From Eubacteriales bacterium (GTDB lineage: Bacteria; Bacillota; Clostridia; Oscillospirales; CAG-272): a stretch of DNA of 64,000 nt. Shown piece after piece: positions 38,260-47,181 of the stretch. The notes below the pieces were generated by a model. It saw only the letters and a list, made by a program, of their open reading frames with translations. It did not search any database and was not told where the DNA came from. Numbering within the stretch: the stretch's first letter is position 1; the number at the start of each line of letters is the position of its first letter. Made by a program: the position numbers and the translations under genes. Where the stretch lies: the NCBI GenBank assembly GCA_045539595.1, contig JAZQFQ010000074.1, positions 1,482 to 65,481 on the forward strand, written 5' to 3'.

Positions 38260-39264
38260 ATGGATACTGCAAAGACCATGCGCGCGGCGGTTCTGCACGC
38301 TGTAGGCGATCTTCGCTATGAAGAAGTTGCCTTCCCGACCGTTGCCGAAGACGAAGTACTTGTTAAAGTGAAAAACTGCGGAATCTGCGGCAGTGACGTA
38401 GGTCGTGTTCTTGCTCACGGCACCTACCACTTCCCCACCATCCCCGGTCACGAATTCTCCGGTGAAGTTGTTTTCGACGCGGAAAACAAGCTGACCGGCA
38501 AGAGAGTGGCTGTATTCCCGCTGCTCCCCTGCTTCACTTGCGAAAACTGCAAGGAAGAGCGTTATGCCAACTGCACCAACTACAACTACTACGGCTCCCG
38601 CTGTGACGGTGGTTACGCCGAGTACATCGCTGTAAAGCGCTTCAACCTGGTTGAATTGCCCGATGGCGTTTCCTATGAGGAAGGCGCTATGTGCGAGCCT
38701 ACGGCCGTTGGTCTGCATGCCATCAAGAAGCTGGGCGTTAAGAAGGGTGACGCGGTTCTGATCACCGGCGCCGGCCCCATCGGTCTGATCGCAGCACAGT
38801 GGGCGAAGTCCTACGGTGCAGAAAAGATCTACTTCATCGACAACGATCCCACCAAGATTGAGTACCTGAAGAAGCTGGGCTACGAACTGTACGATAACCA
38901 GCCCATCAACTGTGCTCTGGAAGGCACCGGCGCATCTGTGCCGCTGGCTATGGTAATCGAGGCTCTGCCCGCAGGCGCAAAGGCTGTTCTGATGGGTAAC
39001 CCCGCCCGCGACATCGCTCTGCCCGCCAAGACTTACCAGGCTATCCTCCGCAAGGAACTGCACTTTGAGGGCACCTGGAACTCCTCCTACGCTGCAAACG
39101 CAAACGACTGGAGAGACGCTATGAGTGCTGTTGCGGAAGGCAAGATCTCCCTGAAGCCCCTGATCACCCATCACGTAGCTCTGAAGGATGCCCTTTCCGC
39201 TATCCAGATGATGAATGATCGTACTGAATTCTATTGTAAGGTGATGATTGACAATGAACGGTAA
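38260..39264 (+). CDS. zinc-dependent polyol/alcohol dehydrogenase (MDR family; sorbitol or galactitol-1-P dehydrogenase-like)
   Basis: 'CGICGSDV', 'GHEFSGEV', structural-zinc Cys cluster 'CFTCENCKEERYANC', and 'GAGPIGL'. Confidence 0.86.
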   Translation: MDTAKTMRAAVLHAVGDLRYEEVAFPTVAEDEVLVKVKNCGICGSDVGRVLAHGTYHFPTIPGHEFSGEVVFDAENKLTGKRVAVFPLLPCFTCENCKEERYANCTNYNYYGSRCDGGYAEYIAVKRFNLVELPDGVSYEEGAMCEPTAVGLHAIKKLGVKKGDAVLITGAGPIGLIAAQWAKSYGAEKIYFIDNDPTKIEYLKKLGYELYDNQPINCALEGTGASVPLAMVIEALPAGAKAVLMGNPARDIALPAKTYQAILRKELHFEGTWNSSYAANANDWRDAMSAVAEGKISLKPLITHHVALKDALSAIQMMNDRTEFYCKVMIDNER

Positions 39265-39916
39265 AATTGCTCCTTCTATGATGTGTGCAGACATTCTTCG
39301 TCTGCAGCCTGTCCTCGAAACCTTCGAGAAGACCGGCATTGAGTACCTCCACATTGATATTATGGACGGTACTTTCGTACCCAACTACACCCTCGGCACC
39401 GACTACTGCCGCAATCTGAAGAAGGTTTCGAAGATTCCTCTGGACATCCACCTGATGATCGTGGAGCCTGAGAGAAAGCTGGATTGGTTTGAGTTCGGCG
39501 AGGGCGACTACGTATCCGTACACGTAGAAAGCACCCGTCATCTGCAGAGAACTCTGGCCGCTATCCGCCGCCGCGGTGCGAAGCCCATGGTTGCTCTGAA
39601 TCCCGCTACTCCTCTTTGCACCATTGAGGACGTGCTGGACGATATCGACGCAGTTCTGATTATGACGGTGAACCCCGGTTACGCCGGCCAGAAGCTGGTT
39701 CCCGCTACTCTGGACAAGATCCGCCGTCTGAGAAAGATGCTGGACGAAACCGGCCATCAGCACGTGGAAATCGAAGTGGACGGTAACGTAAACTTCCCCA
39801 ACGCGATCAAGATGCGTGACGCAGGTGCCAACATCTACGTGGCAGGCTCCTCCAGCGTGTTCGATCCTACCCTCACCCTTGAGGAAGGTATCGCCAAACT
39901 CCGCGAGAACATTTAA
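39254..39916 (+). CDS. ribulose-phosphate 3-epimerase family protein (allulose-6-P 3-epimerase-like)
   Basis: 'PSMMCAD', 'LHIDIMDGTFVPN' and 'MTVNPGYAGQK'. It overlaps the ADH stop. Confidence 0.85.
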   Translation: MNGKIAPSMMCADILRLQPVLETFEKTGIEYLHIDIMDGTFVPNYTLGTDYCRNLKKVSKIPLDIHLMIVEPERKLDWFEFGEGDYVSVHVESTRHLQRTLAAIRRRGAKPMVALNPATPLCTIEDVLDDIDAVLIMTVNPGYAGQKLVPATLDKIRRLRKMLDETGHQHVEIEVDGNVNFPNAIKMRDAGANIYVAGSSSVFDPTLTLEEGIAKLRENI

Positions 39917-39963
39917 TCACTGCAAAAGAATCGCCCGGATGCCATCGCATCCGGGCGATATTT

Positions 39964-40923
39964 TTATGGAAGATATCCGCTGTCCAGCACTTCCCGCACC
40001 AGATCGGATGCAGATTTCAGCGGGGCCTCCGGCATCCCCTCCGTATCGGGGTAAAGCCACATAGCGTTCGCATACCGGCGGAACCAGGTCAGCTGTCGAC
40101 GGGCATAACGGCGGGTGGCACACTTGATCTCCTCCGCCACCACGGCCAGGGTACTCTCCCCTGCCAGGTACGGCAGAAACTCTTTATACCCGATGGCCTG
40201 GGCGGCGATGGATTTCTCCCGCAAAAGCCCCGCTTCGTACAACGCGCGGACCTCCGCTTCCAGCCCCTGCTCCATCATGATGTCCACACGCATCTCAATC
40301 CGGCGGTGGAGAATGGTTCTGTCGTGATAATCCAAAGCGAGAATCCGGGCGTCATAGGCCGCCTCCGGCGAAAGGGATCGCTTATCCCACTCGGTTTTCG
40401 TCACGCCGGTCAACTGATATATCTCCAGCGCGCGGATCACCCGTCGCACATTATTGGGATGGATGGCTTCCGCCGCCGTTGGATCCACCTCCGCCAGGCG
40501 GGCGTGCAAGGCCTCATTTCCGTTCCGGGCAGCAAAATCCGCCAAATCCCGGCGCAATATATCGGACTTTTCCACCTGAGCAAAGGAGGAAACATACAGA
40601 AGCGAATCCAGATACAATCCCGTACCGCCGCACAGAATGGGCGTTTTGCCTCGGGCGGTGATGTCCGCGATGCACGCGGCCGCCCGTTCCCGGTAATCGG
40701 CTACGGAGAACTCCTCATCGGGGGACTGAAATCCGATCAGATGATGGGGAATTCCCTCCATCTCCTCCACAGTAGGGGCGGCGGTGCCGATCCGCATACC
40801 GCGATAGATCTGCATGGAGTCGCAGGACACGATCTCCCCGTCCAACTCATTTGCCAAACGGATGGAAAGAGCCGTTTTTCCCGACGCGGTGGGTCCCACT
40901 ACGGCCAGTATCTTTTCTTTCAC
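39964..40923 (-). CDS. miaA: tRNA dimethylallyltransferase
   Basis: 'VVGPTASGKTALS' and 'DSMQIYRGMRIGTA'. GTG at 40923 lies 7 nt after GGAGG. Confidence 0.9.
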   Translation of the reverse strand: MKEKILAVVGPTASGKTALSIRLANELDGEIVSCDSMQIYRGMRIGTAAPTVEEMEGIPHHLIGFQSPDEEFSVADYRERAAACIADITARGKTPILCGGTGLYLDSLLYVSSFAQVEKSDILRRDLADFAARNGNEALHARLAEVDPTAAEAIHPNNVRRVIRALEIYQLTGVTKTEWDKRSLSPEAAYDARILALDYHDRTILHRRIEMRVDIMMEQGLEAEVRALYEAGLLREKSIAAQAIGYKEFLPYLAGESTLAVVAEEIKCATRRYARRQLTWFRRYANAMWLYPDTEGMPEAPLKSASDLVREVLDSGYLP

Positions 40924-40974
40924 GCGCGCACCTCCTTCGAAACAAATAGTACACAATTATTTTGCATATTGTTG

Positions 40975-41003
40975 TAGACAATGGGGAAATTATCTGCTAT
41001 ACT
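40975..41003 (+). promoter_or_regulatory. candidate sigma-A promoter for 41027..41608
   Basis: TAGACA, a 17-nt spacer, then TATACT. Confidence 0.4.
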
Positions 41004-41026
41004 GTCCATATAATTCTGTGAATAGT

Positions 41027-41608
41027 ATGGACGAAAACATGAAATACGTCTACGTTTTCCTAACGCGCACCGGTACCAAAGTGGCCAATATTATCGGTAT
41101 GGTTACCGGCGACCGGTTTGCACATGCCTCCATTTCCCTGGATCGGGAACTGACACAAATGTACAGCTTCGGACGCCGCCGCGTCCGCAATCCATTATAT
41201 GGCGGATTTATTAAAGAAAATATTCACCGCGGTATCTTTGCCCTGTTCGGGGATTGCCAATCTGTACTGTACCGCCTTCCCGTGACGGATGAATCCTATG
41301 CCATCATGGAAAACACGCTGCGGATCATGCACAGCCGGAAATTCGAATATCGATACAATTTTGTCGGGTTGTTCTCCTGCGCCTTCGGCGTCCCCACCAA
41401 CACCCGCACCCACTTTACCTGCTCCCAGTTCGTCTCCTGGCTGCTGGAATACAGCGGCGCTGTTACTCTTCCGAAAAACATGGGGCTGATGAAGCCGGAC
41501 GATCTCACCCGCCTGCCGGGTGCGGAATTGGTCTACGAGGGATGCATCGCCGGCGCAGACACTCTGACCAAAACGCCGCTGCTTCCCTTCGGGGCCCGGG
41601 CTCTGTAA
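41027..41608 (+). CDS. hypothetical protein (about 190 aa)
   Basis: Coding-like composition. The 'FAHASISLD ... HFTCSQFVSWLL' pattern faintly resembles permuted papain/NlpC-like enzymes, which is speculative. The start could be 41027 or 41039. Confidence 0.55.
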   Translation: MDENMKYVYVFLTRTGTKVANIIGMVTGDRFAHASISLDRELTQMYSFGRRRVRNPLYGGFIKENIHRGIFALFGDCQSVLYRLPVTDESYAIMENTLRIMHSRKFEYRYNFVGLFSCAFGVPTNTRTHFTCSQFVSWLLEYSGAVTLPKNMGLMKPDDLTRLPGAELVYEGCIAGADTLTKTPLLPFGARAL

Positions 41609-41610
41609 TT

Positions 41611-42276
41611 TCAGCGGATGAATTCCGGCGGAACGGCAATGCCTGACCCGCCCAGGGCGCGGACCTGGCTGACCAATGCATCCATACCGCCGACAGGTTC
41701 CCGCGGCACATCAAACCAAATACGGCATCGATCGGATTCCTCGGGGATCCGATCGTTTTCGTAGAGGGCAATCTCCCGTCCGTACAGGCACACCGCCCGG
41801 GCCCCGGCTGCCATCATCTCCGACGCCACCGGCACATGGGATACAAAGCCTACCGCACTGCACCGGGGATAGCCTGCAGTTACCACGCCGATCTGCTTCA
41901 CGCTGTCTGACCCGAATAGGAAACGCGGATCCAATGCGGTGCGCTGGATCACAAAAGAATCGGGACGGAAGCCGCGATAGTGAAGAATCAGCGGAAGATT
42001 CCCCTGATATCCGGTCAAGACCTGCTCCAGCGTAAGCACGCGGCGACTGCACAGCTGCATCAGCGCATCGATTTCACGGAAAGTAAGCTCATCTACGCGC
42101 TCGTCGCACTGGCATATCTGGGCCATGGAGGAATCACGGAAAACAACGGGAATGTTATCCTTGGATACGCGCACGCGGCAGATGATCGCATCCGCGCCGC
42201 CTTTGGCCTGATCGTGAAGCGCATCCAGCGGATCTGTCATGCCGCCGTAGTAGGAATAGTATGTAATCAGTTTCAC
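41611..42276 (-). CDS. GDPD-like protein with altered catalytic positions
   Basis: 'GADAIICRVRVSKDNIPVVFRD' aligns with the GDPD core 'GAD.iE.DV..TkDg.pVv.HD', but Arg replaces the His and I see no N-terminal HRG motif. GTG at 42276 lies 6 nt after GGAGGG. Confidence 0.45.
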   Translation of the reverse strand: MKLITYYSYYGGMTDPLDALHDQAKGGADAIICRVRVSKDNIPVVFRDSSMAQICQCDERVDELTFREIDALMQLCSRRVLTLEQVLTGYQGNLPLILHYRGFRPDSFVIQRTALDPRFLFGSDSVKQIGVVTAGYPRCSAVGFVSHVPVASEMMAAGARAVCLYGREIALYENDRIPEESDRCRIWFDVPREPVGGMDALVSQVRALGGSGIAVPPEFIR

Positions 42277-42387
42277 CGTGTTCCCTCCCCCTCGAAATTC
42301 TGCACACAAACTCTACATATGATACCATATTTTCTTCTGTTTGTAAAGAATGTCGAAAACATATTTTTAAAAAATACAAAAAAACTA

Positions 42388-42416
42388 TTGACACAGCGAT
42401 TTTCTTGTGATATAAT
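42388..42416 (+). promoter_or_regulatory. consensus sigma-A promoter for the tRNA pair
   Basis: TTGACA (42388-42393), a 17-nt spacer, then TATAAT (42411-42416). Confidence 0.7.
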
Positions 42417-42461
42417 AATCAGGCTCAGGGACAAATGGTGATTACGGTCAGTCGGTCATAT

Positions 42462-42550
42462 GCCGGAATGGCGGAATTGGCAGACGCCCGGGACTTAAAA
42501 TCCTGTGCGATGAAAATCGCGTACCGGTTCGAGCCCGGTTTCCGGCACCA
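42462..42550 (+). tRNA. tRNA-Leu (anticodon UAA), CCA encoded
   Basis: Acceptor stem GCCGGAA/TTCCGGC, anticodon loop CTTAAAA, long variable arm, and T-arm ACCGG-TTCGAGC-CCGGT. Confidence 0.9.
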
Positions 42551-42567
42551 CTTTCCTTTTATAATAT

Positions 42568-42648
<81 letters not shown>

Positions 42649-42649
42649 C

Positions 42650-42686
42650 AAGCCTTGGAATCATTCGGATTCTAAGGCTTTTTTCG
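42650..42686 (+). terminator. terminator just inside the island, downstream of the reconstituted tRNA
   Basis: AAGCCTT-G-GAATC...GATTC-T-AAGGCTT followed by TTTTT. Confidence 0.55.
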
Positions 42687-42751
42687 TGCTTTTCTCCATT
42701 CGGATGTAGTGGGATCTATTGAGTGTAAATCTCATCTAACCATAGAAATTT

Positions 42752-42832
42752 CGTCGGCGAAATGTCGGCGAAAGCGATTTTGGTGCCTACTCTTCCCTCT
42801 TTGCCGTCGGCTTAACCCGTCGGCTCGTCGGC
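42752..42832 (+). repeat. cluster of five (C/T)GTCGGC motifs near attL (candidate arm-type recombinase sites)
   Basis: CGTCGGCGAAATGTCGGCGAAA (42752-42773) is identical to 61724-61745. Further CGTCGGC copies lie at 42805, 42818 and 42826. Confidence 0.4.
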
Positions 42833-42899
42833 AGGAGCGACTAAGAAATAGACAGAAAGAGGAACCCATCCCCAAGATGAGTCCCTTTTGTTTTGCGCT

Positions 42900-43286
42900 T
42901 TATACGATGTAGAATCCGGCGAACAAAGCGTTATCTGCTTCATCCTGCGTGATGCTTTCGGGAATAGCAAAAAACTCCTTATAGTGTTCCATGTCCTTCG
43001 CAGATAGTGAGCACAGGTTTCCCTCATTATCCTGCCCTGTCACGTAGAATACACCGCACAAGACATCACTCCATAAACGCCGGTTAGGTTCCAACCCAAT
43101 AAGCTTTCCTTCCTCATTGCACAAGATACAGACTTCATCACTAAGCGATATTATCTCGATTAACCCACGATAATCCGCTCCTATGGATACTGCTGCCTGT
43201 AGCGACTCGAGGCTGTTATCCAACCTAACGATCCTCGGTTCCCTGCCCGGCTCAACCATCAACACTTCAATTACTTGCTGTTTCAT
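42900..43286 (-). CDS. DUF3846 domain protein
   Basis: 'VLMVEPGREPRIVRLDNSLESLQAAV...CILCNEEGKLIGLEPNR...GVFYVTG' matches DUF3846 as I recall it. ATG at 43286 follows GGAGG. Confidence 0.72.
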   Translation of the reverse strand: MKQQVIEVLMVEPGREPRIVRLDNSLESLQAAVSIGADYRGLIEIISLSDEVCILCNEEGKLIGLEPNRRLWSDVLCGVFYVTGQDNEGNLCSLSAKDMEHYKEFFAIPESITQDEADNALFAGFYIV

Positions 43287-43409
43287 TCTAAACCTCCATA
43301 ACAAAAAATATCCGATAGCAGTACATTACCGCTATCGGACTGAATTAATAATATATGTCTTTTGCGTCTAAAAACACAGTATTAGGCCCTTGCACACTCA
43401 GCTACAGAC

Positions 43410-44390
43410 TTAAAAACCAGGGATAGGACTTAAGTTATACTTCATGATCATATCAAAGACTATTCTCTTCACAGTGCTGTGGTACGGATGGCACTTATCC
43501 TGTGCCCAGCCAAATATAATCTGAAACATCCAACTGTCCCCCAACTCTTCCACTTGATCGTAAAGTTCGTATGCGCTGAGGACCTGTTGGAACAACTTCC
43601 AAAGACACTCTTCTGTATTTGTCGGATGTATGGCTTTATAGATGGCATAATTCAGCGGTGCATTGAGTATATCATCAAAGTCAAGATAGAAATGGTTGTC
43701 CACATTGTATTTCATCAAATGGTATACAGAATTTAACTGATCGGAGGAAGAACTGAGGTCAATGTCATACTTCAGCTGAAAGGCCTTGCACACATGATTG
43801 TAATCCATCCACTGCTTATACGACCAACTTACAGCCTCTGGCAACAGTTTACATATTGATGTCTTAAAATCGTCCAGAAACTGCATACGGCCAGCTATAT
43901 ACCTCGGATTCAGAAAATCGAAATCCCTTTCTCGATTATGCTTGGGTAAGCTGGTAATCGTTTTGCCTTGCAGCAGGCGTTCTATACCCCAAGCATGCTG
44001 AAAATCCCAATATACATTCAACTGATGGGCTCTTTGAGTTGCATAATGGTATGCCCGTGCAAATTCTTTTGTCATTATCCACTGATTAAACGCCTCGTTG
44101 TCGTTAAGCAAAGCTTCCTCAATGGCTTGCAGCAAAACATTCACCTTTTTCGATCTTACAGCACCGATCTCACCGTAAAATATGTGGATAAGAGGATTGA
44201 ACAAAAAGACACTCCCGTACTTTTTGGTGTTCTTCTGCCAAATATCAAGGAGTACATTCCAGCGTTTAGTTTTACGCTGAACGATAGAGATATAATCCAC
44301 CGGTGGATCGACAGTACACACCTGCATGGTCAAATCGAAGAGCTTCTTAAATCTAATGGTGGAAGGATTTACCGAACGTTTTGTAGCCAT
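43410..44390 (-). CDS. hypothetical protein (326 aa), translationally coupled to the integrase
   Basis: ATG at 44390 follows GGAGGG and lies 1 nt after the integrase stop. No family recognised. Confidence 0.68.
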   Translation of the reverse strand: MATKRSVNPSTIRFKKLFDLTMQVCTVDPPVDYISIVQRKTKRWNVLLDIWQKNTKKYGSVFLFNPLIHIFYGEIGAVRSKKVNVLLQAIEEALLNDNEAFNQWIMTKEFARAYHYATQRAHQLNVYWDFQHAWGIERLLQGKTITSLPKHNRERDFDFLNPRYIAGRMQFLDDFKTSICKLLPEAVSWSYKQWMDYNHVCKAFQLKYDIDLSSSSDQLNSVYHLMKYNVDNHFYLDFDDILNAPLNYAIYKAIHPTNTEECLWKLFQQVLSAYELYDQVEELGDSWMFQIIFGWAQDKCHPYHSTVKRIVFDMIMKYNLSPIPGF

Positions 44391-44391
44391 A

Positions 44392-45540
44392 TCAACATCC
44401 CTCCTTTCCGCTGAAAAGAATCTCATCGATTCTGTCCCCGGCATCCTTCTGCATCTTAGTAGTACAATGGGCGTAAATATCCATCGTCGTGCTGATATTG
44501 GAATGGCCCATGCGATCCTGCACAGCCTTCATGGACACGCCACTCTCGATCAGTGCTGTAGCATGACTATGACGCAAATCGTGAAAACGGATATGTTCCA
44601 AATTGTGTGCATCAGTGAAACGCTGCCACTTGCATTTCCATGCCTGAGGATGATACGGTTTACCGTTCCACTGACGAATTACATAACCATCATCGTGGAA
44701 TAGAGATCCGTACTCCTCTTTGTCTGCTAAGTAACGCTCGTATTCCGCCAGCATCTGTTCCTTCATGCGCTCACCAAAGGTGATGTCTCTGATACTTGAT
44801 TCAGTCTTTGGTCTTTTCTCCACAACCTTACCATCCGCATACACACGATTGCGATGAATATGCATTACCTTATTCTCCAGGTCGATGTCGTCCCAGCGGA
44901 GAGCAAGCAATTCACCACGTCTGAGGCCTGACATCGATTCAAGGAGCAACGGGAAATACATATCCGTGTACTTAGCTGCTTCCAGCATAGCATTGATTTC
45001 CTCAGCCGTGTATATGTTATATCGAATCTTCTCTCGCTTAGGTAGCACAGTACCCTCGCAGGGATTATCGTTGATCATTCTCAGCGTCTTTGCTTTCTTC
45101 AGTGCGGCGTTAAGATTCATATACACGTTGCGGATGGTTTTGGCAGATAACCCATCCGCTTGCAGTTTATTGATCCAGCTTTGAATATGACTGTTCTGCA
45201 ATACCCTTAGCGGAATCTTGCCCAAAATGGGATCCAGATAGCGCTGTATCTGGCCCTCGTAATTGCTGGCCGTAGTAACGGATAAGTTCGTGCAGTACAG
45301 GGTCAGCCATTGATACATCCACGAAGATAATTGCATCGCGGATGTATTGACTACATAGTTGCCGCCGCTCACTGCCGCTACCAGGCGATCCTTCTCTGCT
45401 TCCGCCTGCCGTCTTGTTCCTTTGAATGTCTTGTATTCTCTGACACGTTCCCCGGTGATAGGGTCAGTACCACCTTCGATCGTGATCTGATATACGATGC
45501 CGTTCTTGGTTTTTCTTTCTCTTACATTACCTGATGCCAT
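44392..45540 (-). CDS. tyrosine-type site-specific integrase
   Basis: N-terminal AP2-like/SAM-like domains and a catalytic region 'RRGELLALRW', 'HDLRHSHAT', 'GHSNISTTMDIYAH'. Confidence 0.92.
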   Translation of the reverse strand: MASGNVRERKTKNGIVYQITIEGGTDPITGERVREYKTFKGTRRQAEAEKDRLVAAVSGGNYVVNTSAMQLSSWMYQWLTLYCTNLSVTTASNYEGQIQRYLDPILGKIPLRVLQNSHIQSWINKLQADGLSAKTIRNVYMNLNAALKKAKTLRMINDNPCEGTVLPKREKIRYNIYTAEEINAMLEAAKYTDMYFPLLLESMSGLRRGELLALRWDDIDLENKVMHIHRNRVYADGKVVEKRPKTESSIRDITFGERMKEQMLAEYERYLADKEEYGSLFHDDGYVIRQWNGKPYHPQAWKCKWQRFTDAHNLEHIRFHDLRHSHATALIESGVSMKAVQDRMGHSNISTTMDIYAHCTTKMQKDAGDRIDEILFSGKEGC

Positions 45541-45543
45541 TTC

Positions 45544-45783
45544 TTATTTCCTCCTTAGTTTTACGGTGTTACGTACATTACCGTTATTATATATATTCTT
45601 TCCGCTCGACTTAACGGTCTGCGGATTATCTGCTGACACGAATGCGTTAAAGACCGTTTCAGCTACCCTGTACTGCCGTCCTATGCGGATATATGCTATG
45701 CCGCTGTTCTTGATGAATTCAAGCGCCGTATCATACGATACTTGAAGAAGATCAGCAATGTCGTAAGGTGTAAGTGTTTTCAT
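45544..45783 (-). CDS. excisionase-family HTH (HTH_17-like) DNA-binding protein
   Basis: 79 aa, 'LTPYDIADLLQVSYDTALEFIKNSGIAYIRIGRQYRV'. It lies directly upstream of the integrase on the same strand. Confidence 0.7.
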   Translation of the reverse strand: MKTLTPYDIADLLQVSYDTALEFIKNSGIAYIRIGRQYRVAETVFNAFVSADNPQTVKSSGKNIYNNGNVRNTVKLRRK

Positions 45784-45868
45784 ACTAGTACCTCGATTAC
45801 TTGTTAATAATCACACCTCCTTCTTCTCTCGTAAAAAGTTAGAGAGTAGAAGGAGATGTTTCTGAGTT

Positions 45869-46891
45869 TTACTTTCTCATTGATACTGTAAATACTCTAC
45901 GTTTTGCTTCCTTCAGCACCTCATCGTCTCCATGATAGTCAGAATACCATGCGTATACTTGGGCAAAAAGCCAACTGTTTTCAATAGTGCTGTATTCGAA
46001 AACGTCAACCGGATGTATAAGCTTACCTTTTTGTATAGCATATAGTTCTTCGTTGCCGGTCTGCATTTCTGCCGCTTCTGTAGCACAAAGGAACATTTTG
46101 ATCATTTTATCCTCGGTGTCTTCAGGCCAAATTACCTTTGCCAAAGACATGGGCAATCTTGTTATGTTACTTGCGAACCAAGCCTCGTCTCGGTCAGATA
46201 GCGACTTATCCCTGGTGTGATTCATCAAAAGAAGTAAGATCCTACTGTATTCCACATAGTCATTACTATAGTCAATGCCGTATAGCTTAATAATCTCATC
46301 GTAAATATGTCTTTCATTATACCAATATGACTCATCCCATGATCCAGCGACAGGGATAATCGTTTTAATAGCCGATTCGTACTCGTGGATCGCGTTCTTG
46401 TAGTTTATGCATTCTGACAAGTATTTCGCCTTAGAGTACCGAATCTTCCATAGCATCTTATCCCACAGATAATGGTAATGCTCGATTGAGCGTCGATAGT
46501 CATCAGCATCTTCTATCCAAGGTGAGGTATCATTTCCTACTGCTTTCATCGCAGTTGTACATGCATCATAATCATCCCAAGCTGCAAAGGCATCTCCATC
46601 CATTAGAAGCTCCTCTACAACAATCCGAATAATTTCTTCATACTCTGGCTCACATATATCTGAGGGAATCCCCCACATGATACGATGTATTGCATCCAAG
46701 AAAATGCCTTCAGAGCCAAATTCGGAATACATTTCCCACACATCTGCCAGTTCAAGCCACGCATTACCATTCACAGAGAATGTTCCTTCGGGGAATTTAT
46801 TCAAATTCAGCACAGCAAGTGTAAGGGCATATAACTTAGCAAAATTTGCATCGTTCTTTACGTAGATATTAAAATTTCTGTTATTTTCCAT
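45869..46891 (-). CDS. hypothetical protein (340 aa)
   Basis: Long ORF with a hairpin terminator downstream. No family recognised. Confidence 0.65.
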   Translation of the reverse strand: MENNRNFNIYVKNDANFAKLYALTLAVLNLNKFPEGTFSVNGNAWLELADVWEMYSEFGSEGIFLDAIHRIMWGIPSDICEPEYEEIIRIVVEELLMDGDAFAAWDDYDACTTAMKAVGNDTSPWIEDADDYRRSIEHYHYLWDKMLWKIRYSKAKYLSECINYKNAIHEYESAIKTIIPVAGSWDESYWYNERHIYDEIIKLYGIDYSNDYVEYSRILLLLMNHTRDKSLSDRDEAWFASNITRLPMSLAKVIWPEDTEDKMIKMFLCATEAAEMQTGNEELYAIQKGKLIHPVDVFEYSTIENSWLFAQVYAWYSDYHGDDEVLKEAKRRVFTVSMRK

Positions 46892-47181
46892 AGATAAAAA
46901 TCTCCTTTATGTTTGATTTACCAAAAATTATTAGTATTCCTCTTCACCGAAAAGTACTTTGGAACAGGGAATCTGCAGGGAAAGTCCTGGTTGAAGAATC
47001 GTAAAGTGATCCTTATAACTTTCCAAGAAATTCCCTTTCTCCCTCCAAACTTCATATGGTTCCCAGAAAAACCGCAAAATGAATGCAATATTTTTTGTGA
47101 TGGGTACACCAAAATGGAGGGAGACGGGGAATCTCATTATAGCGACTAAAGATTCTCTGCACTAATCGGTTGTAAATTTCC

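Noticed and set aside
46913-47149. Small ORFs (64-78 aa, both strands) between orf340 and the DUF927 gene
   Set aside because: They are mutually overlapping, have no RBS and no recognisable features. One might be real, but the sequence alone cannot support it.
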